Positions 1-10,200 of a stretch of 64,000 bases of DNA are shown here, one piece after another. Origin of the DNA: Cyanobacteria bacterium P01_A01_bin.123. Lineage in GTDB: Bacteria > Cyanobacteriota > Cyanobacteriia > Phormidesmidales > Phormidesmidaceae. The notes beneath the pieces were generated by a model. It did not search any database. It was not told the origin of the DNA and worked only from the letters and a program-made list of their open reading frames with translations. A program made the position numbers and the translations under genes. How positions within the stretch are numbered: the first letter of the stretch is position 1; each line of letters starts with the position of its first letter. The stretch covers positions 32,001-96,000 of the forward strand of contig JBCBZT010000009.1 of the NCBI GenBank assembly GCA_039815185.1. The letters run 5' to 3'.

Positions 1-1065
1 GATCTCGAACAGGAACTCGCGCGTAAGGGTCCCTTTAGCCAAACCAAAATGATAGAAGTGCTCGTGTCGATGGCCAAGGTGTTGACCTTTGTGCATCAAA
101 ACAACACGATTCACCGGGATATTAAACCGTCAAACATCATGCGACACCGCAACGGCAAGCTGTTTTTGCTTGATTTCGGTGCAGTCAAGCAGGTAGCCCA
201 ACAGTCGGGCAAAGCTCCAGGACAATCAACGGGTATCTACTCTATGGGGTTTGCCCCACCAGAGCAGATGAGCGGCGGCACTGTATATCCTTCTACCGAT
301 TTGTACGCCCTGGCGGTCACCTGCCTTTTGCTGATCACGGGCAAATCTTCGACAGAACTCTTCGACGCCTACAACAACACTTGGAAATGGGAGTCGTACG
401 CCCAGGTGCATCCCAAGATTGCCGCGATTCTCAATCGCATGTTGCAGTCTACGCCGAACCAGCGCTACGCCTCAGCAGAAGACGTCTTGGCAGCCTTGCA
501 GCAAGCGGTCAATAAGTCCTCCACTAAGACTCAGCCGTCGAACCCAACTGGATCGTCCACGGCGCTTCAATCGCCCCCAGCCGCAAAAGCTGCTGCCCCC
601 CAGCCTAACGCCCCCCCTTCAAAACAAGGGGCAAAACAAGGGGCAGCAGCAGGTTCGCCGCCCGCTGCCCGCCCAGCGGCGAAACCCGCCCCAGCCAATC
701 CTTCATCGCCAACCTTGTTTGCCTCAGTTTCATTGCCAGAATTTCTAGGGGGGGCCGCATTTACGGGGTTTCAGGGGGGGCTGTTGGCGATCGCCCTAGT
801 CAGCTTCCTCGGTACCACCCTAGTCAGCAGTAGTGCCTGGTTGGTCTTGATGGCGCTGCTGGTGTTCCTACAAGTCCGCCGAGTGATTGAGCGGGTTGAC
901 TTGGTGATTATTGCCGCTGTTACCCTGGGCATTGTGCTGTTTTTGGGCAGTCAGGGCTTTGGGCTGCAAACGATCCTGACGGTAGCTGTGATGGCAGGAT
1001 TAATTACGGTAGCGATCGCGACATTCTTTCGGTTGTTGTATCAACTGCTGACTAGAATCTTTTAA
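1..1065 (+). CDS. Ser/Thr protein kinase (5'-truncated by window) with Pro/Ala linker and C-terminal membrane segments
   Basis: HRDIKPSN, DFG, GFAPPEQ and DLYALA kinase motifs. The frame is open from base 1. The C-terminus is hydrophobic. Confidence 0.93.
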   Translation, partial: DLEQELARKGPFSQTKMIEVLVSMAKVLTFVHQNNTIHRDIKPSNIMRHRNGKLFLLDFGAVKQVAQQSGKAPGQSTGIYSMGFAPPEQMSGGTVYPSTDLYALAVTCLLLITGKSSTELFDAYNNTWKWESYAQVHPKIAAILNRMLQSTPNQRYASAEDVLAALQQAVNKSSTKTQPSNPTGSSTALQSPPAAKAAAPQPNAPPSKQGAKQGAAAGSPPAARPAAKPAPANPSSPTLFASVSLPEFLGGAAFTGFQGGLLAIALVSFLGTTLVSSSAWLVLMALLVFLQVRRVIERVDLVIIAAVTLGIVLFLGSQGFGLQTILTVAVMAGLITVAIATFFRLLYQLLTRIF

Positions 1066-1175
1066 GGTACGCCCGATGTGAAAGCTTGATTCTTTAGTTT
1101 AGGGAAAAACTCTGAATCTGGATGTAGACGAGATTTAGATAGCATTAGCAGCAGTCATTGCAAAAAGGCTAAGTC

Positions 1176-2249
1176 ATGGCACAAAAGAATGAACTCCCCG
1201 CGCTAGTGGCCGCCCTAGGGGTGACCGTTGCCTTAGTTGCCGGTGGGGTTTGGTGGCTAACCCGTGACGACGGGTTGAATTTAGGCGGCTTGCTGGGTAA
1301 CGATTCATCTGGTGATACGACGGGTACGACAACAACAGGCAACACAACGGCGACGCCTGAAAATACTGGGGAAACCTTTGCCCAGGTCAATGCCACTATC
1401 CCTGCGGGCCAGTTTAACTATGGTGGCAGTACCACTTGGGCACCGATTCGCGGCAGCGTGGATGGGGTGATCCAGTCGGTCTGGCCTAATTTTCAGTTAA
1501 CGTATGCTGATCCGGCTAGTGGGCCGCCAGGATCGGGGGCTGGGATTGAAATGCTGATCAATAACCAACTTGCCTTTGCCCAATCGTCTCGGAGTCTCAA
1601 TCCAGGAGAACGGGAAGCGGCTCAGCAGCAAGGCTTTGAACTCCAAGCGGTGCCAGTGGCTTTAGAAGGCATCGCGATCGCGGTTAACCTTGATTTGCCT
1701 GTTGAAGGGCTGACCCTGGCCCAACTCCGTGATATCTACACCGGACAGATCACCAACTGGAACCAGGTCGGGGGTCCTGATTTACCGATTCAGGCCTACT
1801 CACGGGCGCTTAATGGGGGGACTGTCGAGTTTTTCGTGGATGTGGTGTTGGGGGGGCAAAACCTAGCCAGTTCGGTGCAGTTTATCGACGAAACCACGAC
1901 TGCCCTGCGTCAGATCTCAGAAAATCCGGGGGCAATTTACTATGCCTCGGCTCCAGAAGTGGTCGGTCAATGCACCATCAAACCCCTAGCTCTAGGGCGT
2001 GATGCGAACCAGTTGGTTGCGCCTTATGCTGACCCCTATGTCCCTCCTGAGAACTGCCCCAATCAGCGCAACCAAACCAACACTGAAGCTTTCCGGAGTG
2101 GACAATATCCCCTGACTCGCCAGATGTTTGTGATTGTCAAACAAGATGATCAGGCTAATCAACAGGCTGGGGAAGCCTACAGCAGCTTACTGCTCACCGA
2201 GCAGGGCCAATCCCTGCTGGAACAGGCCGGATTCGTTCGCATTCGCTAA
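1176..2249 (+). CDS. PstS-family phosphate-binding protein (membrane anchored)
   Basis: YGGSTTWAPI, GSGAGI, AQSSR, LRDIYTGQITNWNQVGGPDLPI and YPLTR motifs; N-terminal TM helix. Confidence 0.85.
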   Translation: MAQKNELPALVAALGVTVALVAGGVWWLTRDDGLNLGGLLGNDSSGDTTGTTTTGNTTATPENTGETFAQVNATIPAGQFNYGGSTTWAPIRGSVDGVIQSVWPNFQLTYADPASGPPGSGAGIEMLINNQLAFAQSSRSLNPGEREAAQQQGFELQAVPVALEGIAIAVNLDLPVEGLTLAQLRDIYTGQITNWNQVGGPDLPIQAYSRALNGGTVEFFVDVVLGGQNLASSVQFIDETTTALRQISENPGAIYYASAPEVVGQCTIKPLALGRDANQLVAPYADPYVPPENCPNQRNQTNTEAFRSGQYPLTRQMFVIVKQDDQANQQAGEAYSSLLLTEQGQSLLEQAGFVRIR

Positions 2250-2285
2250 ATTTCGCCACCCTACCGATGCTTTGGCATCCTGTCC

Positions 2286-2305
2286 AGACGCGATTAATCG
2301 CGCCT
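2286..2305. repeat. REP-like palindrome (ACGCGATTAATCGCG core), copy 1
   Basis: AGACGCGATTAATCGCGCCT lies just after the stop of the PstS-like gene. The same core recurs at 44711-44730. Confidence 0.65.
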
Positions 2306-2426
2306 CTATCACCCATTGCTGACACAATAGGAAAATTGTTCAACCACATCTGATTTGCAACCGTGACATTGCTCATTGATGGCAAAGCCATGGATCTAGA
2401 TGTGGATCAGGTTGACTGGTGCCACC

Positions 2427-4034
2427 GTGTCTGACTCACCCAAACCCGCCCGTTCCCTAGCGGGTATTGCCGGGATTGTCGCTGCTGCTACCTTGCTCAG
2501 CAAAGTGGTAGGGCTATTGCGTCAGCAAGGGATTGCCGCCGCGTTTTCGGTAGGGCCAGTGGCTGATGCCTACGGTCTGGCCTACGTGATTCCAGGGTTT
2601 CTGCTGGTATTGTTGGGGGGCATCAATGGGCCGTTTCACAGCGCTATCGTCAGCGTCATCGCTAAACGCAAAAAAGAAGACATTGCGCCGCTGATCGAAA
2701 CCCTGAATACCCTCACCGCGATCGCGCTGTTTACCTTAACCGTGGCGCTAATTGTGTTTGCCGACCCAATTATTAGCTTGGTGGGCTATGGGGTAGATCC
2801 GTCGGCAGTCAGCCACGCGATCGCCGTGCGGCAGCTGCAAATTATGGCCCCAATGGCGATTTTTGCCGGACTGATTGGCATTGGCTTTGGCACCCTCAAC
2901 GCCGACGATCAATATTGGTTACCTTCGGTGAGCCCGTTATTTTCGAGCCTGGCAGTGTTGGTAGCGCTAGGTGCCTTAGCGCTCACCCTGGGCAGGGATG
3001 TCACTGCTCCTGAATATGCTCTGCTGGGCGGCTCGGTGCTGGCTTTGGGGACATTGTCGGGAGCGATATTGCAGTGGTTGGTGCAGTTGCCTGCCCTATG
3101 GCGATCGCGTTTGGGGAGTCTGCGGCCCCGGTTTAACTTTCAGGATCCGGGGGTGCGAGATGTCTTGAGGGTTTTGGCCCCGGCGACTTTTGCCTCTGGC
3201 ATGATGCAGATTAATGTCTTCACCGATCTGGTTTTTGCCTCTGCGATTCCCACCACCATTGCTGCCCTCAACTACGCCAATTTACTGGTGCAAACGCCGC
3301 TGGGCATTGTGTCCAACGTCATTTTGGTGCCCTATCTACCGATTTTTGCCCGCCTTGCCGACCCGCAAAACTGGCCCGAACTCAAACAGCGCATTCGCCA
3401 AGCACTGATGCTAACAGCCCTGACGATGCTGCCGTTGAGTGCCTTGATGGTGACCCTAGCGTTACCGATTGTTCGCGTGGTTTATGAGCGGGGAGCTTTT
3501 GACCAATCGGCATCGCAGATTGTGACTTCAGTGCTGATGGCCTATGGCATTGGTATGTTTGTCTACCTGGGTCGAGATGTGATGGTGCGGGTGTTTTATG
3601 CTTTGGGAGATGGCCAAACCCCGTTTCGTATCAGCCTGTTTAACATTGGCCTCAATGCTCTACTCGACTACATCCTGATTAATTTATTTGGGGCGCCGGG
3701 GTTGGTGTTAGCCACCGTTGGGGTCAATGTGGTTTCACTGGCGCTGATGCTGATTTTGTTGAGCCGTAAACTTAACGGCTTACCTTGGCTTGACTGGAGT
3801 CGCCCGATTATTGCTTTGACGCTGAGTAGCGGACTGGCTGGTGTGGTTTGTTGGGTCGCCCGTCATGGGTTAGAACGGGTATTAGGAACGGAAGGGCTTG
3901 GGGTGCAGTTGATTCAGCTAGCGATCGCGGCAGCGTTGGGCCTAGGAACGTTTGCCCTATGCACAATTATGCTGCGAATCCCTGAAGCAACATTGTTGGT
4001 GAATCGATTACGACAGAAGTTTCTGAGACGTTAA
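2427..4034 (+). CDS. murJ: Lipid II flippase MurJ (MviN)
   Basis: ATLLSKVVGLLRQ, GGINGPFHSA, YERGAFD and RVFYALGDGQTP motifs; polytopic membrane protein. GTG start at 2427 chosen; the ORF is open from 2400. Confidence 0.93.
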   Translation: MSDSPKPARSLAGIAGIVAAATLLSKVVGLLRQQGIAAAFSVGPVADAYGLAYVIPGFLLVLLGGINGPFHSAIVSVIAKRKKEDIAPLIETLNTLTAIALFTLTVALIVFADPIISLVGYGVDPSAVSHAIAVRQLQIMAPMAIFAGLIGIGFGTLNADDQYWLPSVSPLFSSLAVLVALGALALTLGRDVTAPEYALLGGSVLALGTLSGAILQWLVQLPALWRSRLGSLRPRFNFQDPGVRDVLRVLAPATFASGMMQINVFTDLVFASAIPTTIAALNYANLLVQTPLGIVSNVILVPYLPIFARLADPQNWPELKQRIRQALMLTALTMLPLSALMVTLALPIVRVVYERGAFDQSASQIVTSVLMAYGIGMFVYLGRDVMVRVFYALGDGQTPFRISLFNIGLNALLDYILINLFGAPGLVLATVGVNVVSLALMLILLSRKLNGLPWLDWSRPIIALTLSSGLAGVVCWVARHGLERVLGTEGLGVQLIQLAIAAALGLGTFALCTIMLRIPEATLLVNRLRQKFLRR

Positions 4035-4042
4035 ACCAGTCA

Positions 4043-5293
4043 TTACCTCGTGACGGGACGGCCCGTGACCATAACTTGAACAGTTTCCCCAGCGGAAATT
4101 TTTCGGGTGCCGATAGGCACAACGGCGAGGGCGTTGGTCGTACCCAGGTTGACTAGGTTGCCGGAGCTGTGCCCCCCGCCGGCGATCGCAAACTCATACC
4201 CCACGGCTGTGAGATGCAGTTGTCCCCATAGATAGGTTTCTCGGCGTCCCCCAGATTTGAGGTCGTGGCGCGATCGCGCACGGACAAACACGGGAGACCA
4301 ACCGTGGCCCAAACCCGATCGTTTGCGTAGCGCAGGTTCAACAAAGCGCCAAAAGCTTACTAAAGCTGAAACCGGGTTGCCGGGGAGTCCAAAATAGAGC
4401 ACAGGGGCAGCTTGAGGGACAGTGGCTACCGTTAAGGGCTTGCCCGGTTTTACCGCCACGGCCCGGATGTGCAGGGTTGCCTGTAATTCGTTGAGGATGC
4501 GATCAACATAGTCATAGTCACCCACGGAAACTCCACCTGAAGAGAGGACGACGTCAGCTTGAGCAACTGCCGCCGCAATTTTGGCTTTCAATATTGTGGG
4601 ATCATCCGGCACTATCCCTAAACTAATTGGCGTTGCCCCTGCCTGGGTTACCAAGGCCGCCAGGGCATATTGATTCGAGTCGACAATTTGCCCCGGTGCT
4701 AAGGGTTGGTTGGGTTCCACTAGCTCGTCCCCGGTAGAGAGAATCGCCACCCTCAGCCGTCGATATACCTTGACTTGGGGACATTGAGCCGCAGCTAAAA
4801 TCGCAATTTCTGGGCCGTTCAAAACCGTGCCTAGGCGCAGCAGCGGTTCGCCTGCCTGGTAGTAACTGGCCTTGTGCCGGACGAAGGCTTGGTCATCTGG
4901 CTGGCTCAAAATCTTGACCTGATCGCCCTGACGCTCAGTATTTTCTTGAATCACGATGGTATCAGCTCCAGAGGGCACCATCGAACCTGTCAGGATGCGA
5001 GCTGCCTGCCCAGACTGGAGAGATCTTTGGGGGCGCTTACCTGCCGGGATATCTTCGACCACTTTAAGCCACACAGGTGCCTCACTCGAAGCTCCTTGCA
5101 CATCGCTAAAGCGCACGGCATAGCCGTCCATGGCAGAGTTATCCCAGTGGGGAAAGTCTAAATCGCTAGTCACATCGGCCGCTAAAATACGTCCTAATGC
5201 TTGGGAAAGCTCAACCGATTCACAGTCCTGGATAGGGTTTAGGGGGTGAACCAAGTTCAAAATCAAGGACTCGGCATCTAAAGCAGGCAGCAT
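4043..5293 (-). CDS. moeA: Molybdopterin molybdotransferase MoeA
   Basis: WDNSAMDGYAVR, STGDEL, SSGGVSVGDYD, KPGKP and GLPGNPVS motifs. Confidence 0.96.
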   Translation of the reverse strand: MLPALDAESLILNLVHPLNPIQDCESVELSQALGRILAADVTSDLDFPHWDNSAMDGYAVRFSDVQGASSEAPVWLKVVEDIPAGKRPQRSLQSGQAARILTGSMVPSGADTIVIQENTERQGDQVKILSQPDDQAFVRHKASYYQAGEPLLRLGTVLNGPEIAILAAAQCPQVKVYRRLRVAILSTGDELVEPNQPLAPGQIVDSNQYALAALVTQAGATPISLGIVPDDPTILKAKIAAAVAQADVVLSSGGVSVGDYDYVDRILNELQATLHIRAVAVKPGKPLTVATVPQAAPVLYFGLPGNPVSALVSFWRFVEPALRKRSGLGHGWSPVFVRARSRHDLKSGGRRETYLWGQLHLTAVGYEFAIAGGGHSSGNLVNLGTTNALAVVPIGTRKISAGETVQVMVTGRPVTR

Positions 5294-5404
5294 CGGCAAT
5301 TCAGGGGTTAACGTTATCCTTAGTAATCATAATGACTTGATGTGGACGAGGTGCTAGTACTGTCCCCCTATATTGTTCATGAAACTGCTAGTTGGGAAAT
5401 TAAG

Positions 5405-6775
5405 ATGCAGAGTTTAGCCGCACCGACTCATGCCCATGCTTTAGCCGCGACGCTTAAAAATCGCCGCGATCGCTTGTCTCAACGCATTGATTTCCCCGTG
5501 GTGTTGTGGTCTGGGCAGCCCCATCCGCGCAATTTTCCGGCTAATGTTTATCCCTTCCGAGCCAATAGCCATTTTTTGTATTTTGCCGGATTGCCCTTGG
5601 TAAACGCGGCAATTCACCTGGCGAAAGGCAAGCTGACTCTATTTATCGATGAAGCCACCCCTGCTGAAGCCCTGTGGCATGGCCCTACCCCTTCACGCCA
5701 AGACCTGGCCGAAACGATGGGGGCCGATAATGCTTTGCCCTTAGGTGATTTGTCCCGTTACCTCGGGGAGGCTGTTACGTTAGCGGGACAAAATTCAATT
5801 CGGGGGGTAGCCTCAGCAAATCAGGCTGAGCCAGACCATCAGCGGACTTTGGCCGAAGCGATGATTCAATTGCGATTGAGTCACGATACCAGCGCGATCG
5901 CAGCCATTCGCCAAGCGGCAACGGTTAGCGTTGCGGCTCACAAAGCGGGTTTGGCCGCTACCGCCAGCGCCCTCACGGAAGCCCAGGTTAGGGCAGCGAT
6001 GGAGCAGGTAATTTTGGCGGCAAATATGACCTGTGCCTACAACAGCATTGTTACCGTTTGTGGTGAAGTCCTACACAATGAGCACTACCACCACACCCTT
6101 CACCCCGGTGATTTATTGCTGGCCGATGTGGGCGCTGAAGCGCCCTCTGGTTGGGCCTCAGACATTACCCGCACGTGGCCGATTACGGGGCAATTCTCAG
6201 CCACCCAACGGGCTATTTACGATGTGGTGCTCGCTGCCCACGATGCTTGCATTGTCCACGCAAATCCTGGCGTAGAATATCGTGACCTACACCTGCTGGC
6301 CTGTCGGGTATTGACTGAGGGGCTGGTGGATATTGGAATTCTCAAGGGTTCCCCAGATAGTTTGGTAGAGCAGGATGCCCATGCCCTGTTTTTCCCCCAC
6401 GGTGTCGGTCACCTCTTGGGCTTAGACGTGCATGACATGGAAGATTTAGGCGATCTTGCTGGCTATGCCCCAGGCCGAACTCGCAGCGATCGCTTCGGGC
6501 TCGCCTATCTACGGCTTGATCGCCCCTTGCAAATGGGTATGGTGGTCACCATCGAACCCGGCTTCTATCAGGTGCCTGGTATTTTGCAAAATGCTCAAAC
6601 GCAAGCCACTTACCAATCAATGGTGAACTGGGAGCGGCTGACCCAATTTGATGATGTCCGTGGCATCCGCATTGAGGATGACGTGCTGATTACTGCCTCC
6701 AGTTGTGAAGTGATAACCGCAGATTTACCAACCCAGGCTTCAGAAATTGAGACATTGGTTATCCATTCCGCTTAA
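5405..6775 (+). CDS. pepP: Xaa-Pro aminopeptidase (M24B)
   Basis: DVGAE, ASDITRTWP, FPHGVGHLLGLDVHD, TIEPGFY and GIRIEDDVLIT motifs. Confidence 0.92.
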   Translation: MQSLAAPTHAHALAATLKNRRDRLSQRIDFPVVLWSGQPHPRNFPANVYPFRANSHFLYFAGLPLVNAAIHLAKGKLTLFIDEATPAEALWHGPTPSRQDLAETMGADNALPLGDLSRYLGEAVTLAGQNSIRGVASANQAEPDHQRTLAEAMIQLRLSHDTSAIAAIRQAATVSVAAHKAGLAATASALTEAQVRAAMEQVILAANMTCAYNSIVTVCGEVLHNEHYHHTLHPGDLLLADVGAEAPSGWASDITRTWPITGQFSATQRAIYDVVLAAHDACIVHANPGVEYRDLHLLACRVLTEGLVDIGILKGSPDSLVEQDAHALFFPHGVGHLLGLDVHDMEDLGDLAGYAPGRTRSDRFGLAYLRLDRPLQMGMVVTIEPGFYQVPGILQNAQTQATYQSMVNWERLTQFDDVRGIRIEDDVLITASSCEVITADLPTQASEIETLVIHSA

Positions 6776-7288
6776 ATTGGCTTGCAAGCAAGTTTATTCT
6801 GAACAGGAATAGACTCAATGACGATATAAGCTACAGCTAAATAAGTAATATGCTCAATACTTTCAGGGTAAATACTGATAGTTTAGGCAGAATACTTAGG
6901 ATCTACTTAATTCTTTTTAAGGGTTGCATTTTCCACTTTTTCTCAGGTTGTGAGAGTTCTCTTTAAGGCCCCGAAAAATAGCCGGGCTACAGGTTCTACC
7001 CTACAATCAACTTTGCTGCAAACTTGATAAGAGCGGCCTTGATAAGCAAGCAGTGCAGATCCATTCTGTACTTAGCGTTTTCCTTAGCAACCGTGCCGTA
7101 GCCAACTTTCATGAACTCAGTTTGTTGTATGATCCTTGGGTTCCCTGGGAAAAATAGATTAGAGGTATTAGACCTTTTGCATAAATCGAAAACCACAACG
7201 TAACCACAAGGGTTTCAGCCTTCAGATTGGGGTTTGTGCAAGGAGTCTATTGATCTCAAGCCAACTCAATTAAATAGACTGGGGTATT

Positions 7289-10200
7289 ATGGCAAGTCGC
7301 GTTGAAACGAGTATCAGCGTTCAGGGATATACACTGCACAATCAGCTTTATTCTGGTAGCCGAACGGTTGTATATCGCGGCATTCGTGATAGCGATGGCC
7401 AAGCTGTTGCGATTAAGTTGCTTAAACAAGAGCACCCTACCCCCGTAGAGATTACTCAGTTTCGCAACCAGTATGCGATCGCCCAAAAGCTCAACATCCC
7501 TGGCATTGTCAAACCCTACAGCCTAGAGTATTGGCAAAACCGATATGCCTTCGTCATGGAGGACTATGGTGGTGTGGCGCTGTCTCAATATCTGCACCAA
7601 TTGGTGGATAGTACTCACGCAGCGCCAACCCAAACTTTTGAGTCTCCCACACAGGCTGAGCCTCTCAACCTGTTGCATCAAGTCGAAAAACCACCCCTTG
7701 ACTTGGCTGATTTCTTTACAGTTGCGATCCAGATCGCCACGATTTTGGATGGGCTATATCGACACCAGGTGCTGCATAAAGATATTAAGCCCGCCAATAT
7801 TCTGATCCACCCTGAAACTAAACAGGTCAAGCTGATCGACTTTAGCATTGCCTCTCTGCTGCCACGGGAAACCCAAGATGCCCAAAGCCTGACTCTATTA
7901 GAAGGCACGCTTAGCTACATGTCCCCAGAGCAAACAGGGCGGATGAATCGGGGCATTGACTACCGCACCGATTTTTATTCCTTAGGCATTACCTTCTATG
8001 AGCTGCTGACGGGGCAACTGCCATTCCAAAAGGACGATCCGCTCGATTTGATCTACTGCCACATCGCTAACCAGGCTGTTCCTGTCCACCAGGTCAACGC
8101 TGACGTTCCTGGGATGCTCTCGCACTTGGTGGCCAAACTGATGGCGAAAAATGCAGAAGACCGCTATCAAAGTGCCCTGGGGCTAAGGCACGATTTGCAA
8201 CGCTGCCAGGATCAGTGGCTGGCCACTGGTACCGTTGAAACCTTCGAGCTGGGGCAGCGAGACGTTTGCGATCGCTTTTCGATTCCAGAAAAACTCTATG
8301 GTCGCGGTGCAGAAGTAGCGGCATTGCTAGCGGCATTTGAGCGCGTCGCTGGCAGCCCAAGCGTGGCAGCAGGGGGGCAGCGGAGCAATGCTCGAAGCGA
8401 ACTACTCTTGATCGCAGGCTACTCCGGGGTGGGCAAAACAGCCGTAGTCAATGAAGTTCATAAGCCAATCCTGCGACGGCAGGGTTACTTTACCCAGGGT
8501 AAGTTCGACCAGTTTCAGCGAAATGTGCCACTGTCAGCATTAATCCAAGCGTTACGGGGCTTGATGGGGCAACTGCTCGCCGAGAACCAAGCCAATGTTA
8601 ATACTTGGCGCGATCGCATCTTGGCGGCTGTGGGCGACCAAGGCCAAATTATTGTTGACGTGATTCCAGAAGTGGAATGGCTGATTGGCGAGCAGCCCGC
8701 TGTTGAACCCTTAGACCCTGGTGCCAGCCAAAACCGATTTAATCGCGTCTTGCAAAAATTCATCCAGGTTTTCCCCAGTGCCGATCATCCTCTGGTGTTA
8801 TTCATAGACGATTTGCAGTGGGCCGATACCGCCTCCTTAAACTTACTTCAGGGGCTTTTAGGGCAGACAGAATCTCTACATTTATTGGTGATTGGAGCCT
8901 ACCGTGACAATGAAGTTAGTCCGACTCATCCGCTGAATCTGACGCTAGATGAAATTCGCCAGAGTGGGACAAAAGTCAACACGATTGCGCTGTTGCCATT
9001 GGAGCATAACGATCTCAACTGTCTGGTAGCCGATACGCTTAACTGTGCAGCAGCGGATGCACTTTCGCTGACCCAGTTGATTTTGGCCAAGACCCAAGGC
9101 AATCCTTTTTTTACGACCCAGTTCCTCAAGACACTGCACCAGAGTGAGCAAATTTGGTTTGATTTCGACAACCGGTGTTGGCGTTGGGATCTCGATCAAA
9201 TTAAAGCGCTATCACTAAGCGAAGACGTGGTGGAATTTGTAGTGGCTCAGTTACAGCATCTGTCTGTCTCTACCCAGGAGGTGTTGACTCTGGCCGCCTG
9301 CATTGGCAATGAATTTGATTTGAAGACACTCTCAACAGTCTCTGAACGGTCGGCAGAGATGTTAGAAGCTGAACTGTGGGAACCCCTGCAAAATGGGTTG
9401 TTGCTTATGGGGAGTCGTTCTGCCCCGAAGGAACTTCAGCCTAAACCATCAGCATCTGCCCCCTTTGAGGCTATGGGATTTGCGTCTGCCCCCATTGGTA
9501 CAGGACAAAGCACCTATTCTCAAGGAATGGTCTACAAGTTTTTACACGACCGAGTACAGCAGGCAGCTTATGTTCTAATTCCGGTAGATCAAAAACAGGC
9601 ACTCCATCTCAAAATTGGCCGTTTGCTACTGCAAAAAACACCTGCCGAACAACGGGAATCACATTTGTTTGAAATCGTCAGCCATCTCAATCAAGGGGTA
9701 AAGCTGATTAGCGATCGCGATGAGCAAGTCTCCGTCGCGCGAATGAACTTGGCAGCAGGGCAACAGGCAAAATTGTCAGGTGCCTATGGGGCTGCTTTTG
9801 ATTACCTGCACAGGGGAATTGAGCTAATCGGGCAAAATCACTGGCAAGCTGAACTGGATCTGATGGTGGCACTCTATGAGGCGATCGCAGAAGTTGCCTA
9901 TCTCCAGGGCAAGTTTGAAGCCATGGAAAAGTATGCTGATCAGGTCTTGACCCATACCCAAGATTTGCTGAGTCAAGTCAAAATTTACGAAATTAAAATT
10001 GTCGCTTATCAAGCCCAGGGGCGTAGTCAAGCTGCGATTACTACCGGCTTGCAAGTGCTCAAAGCGTTTGGATTGAACTTCCCAGAAAACCCAAACAAGG
10101 GTCAGGTGATGCTAGCACTAGCCAGGACTAAACTGGCCCAGCTCAATATCACGATCGAAGACTTGGCCGAGTTGCCAGTCATGACTGACCCAAGTCAGCT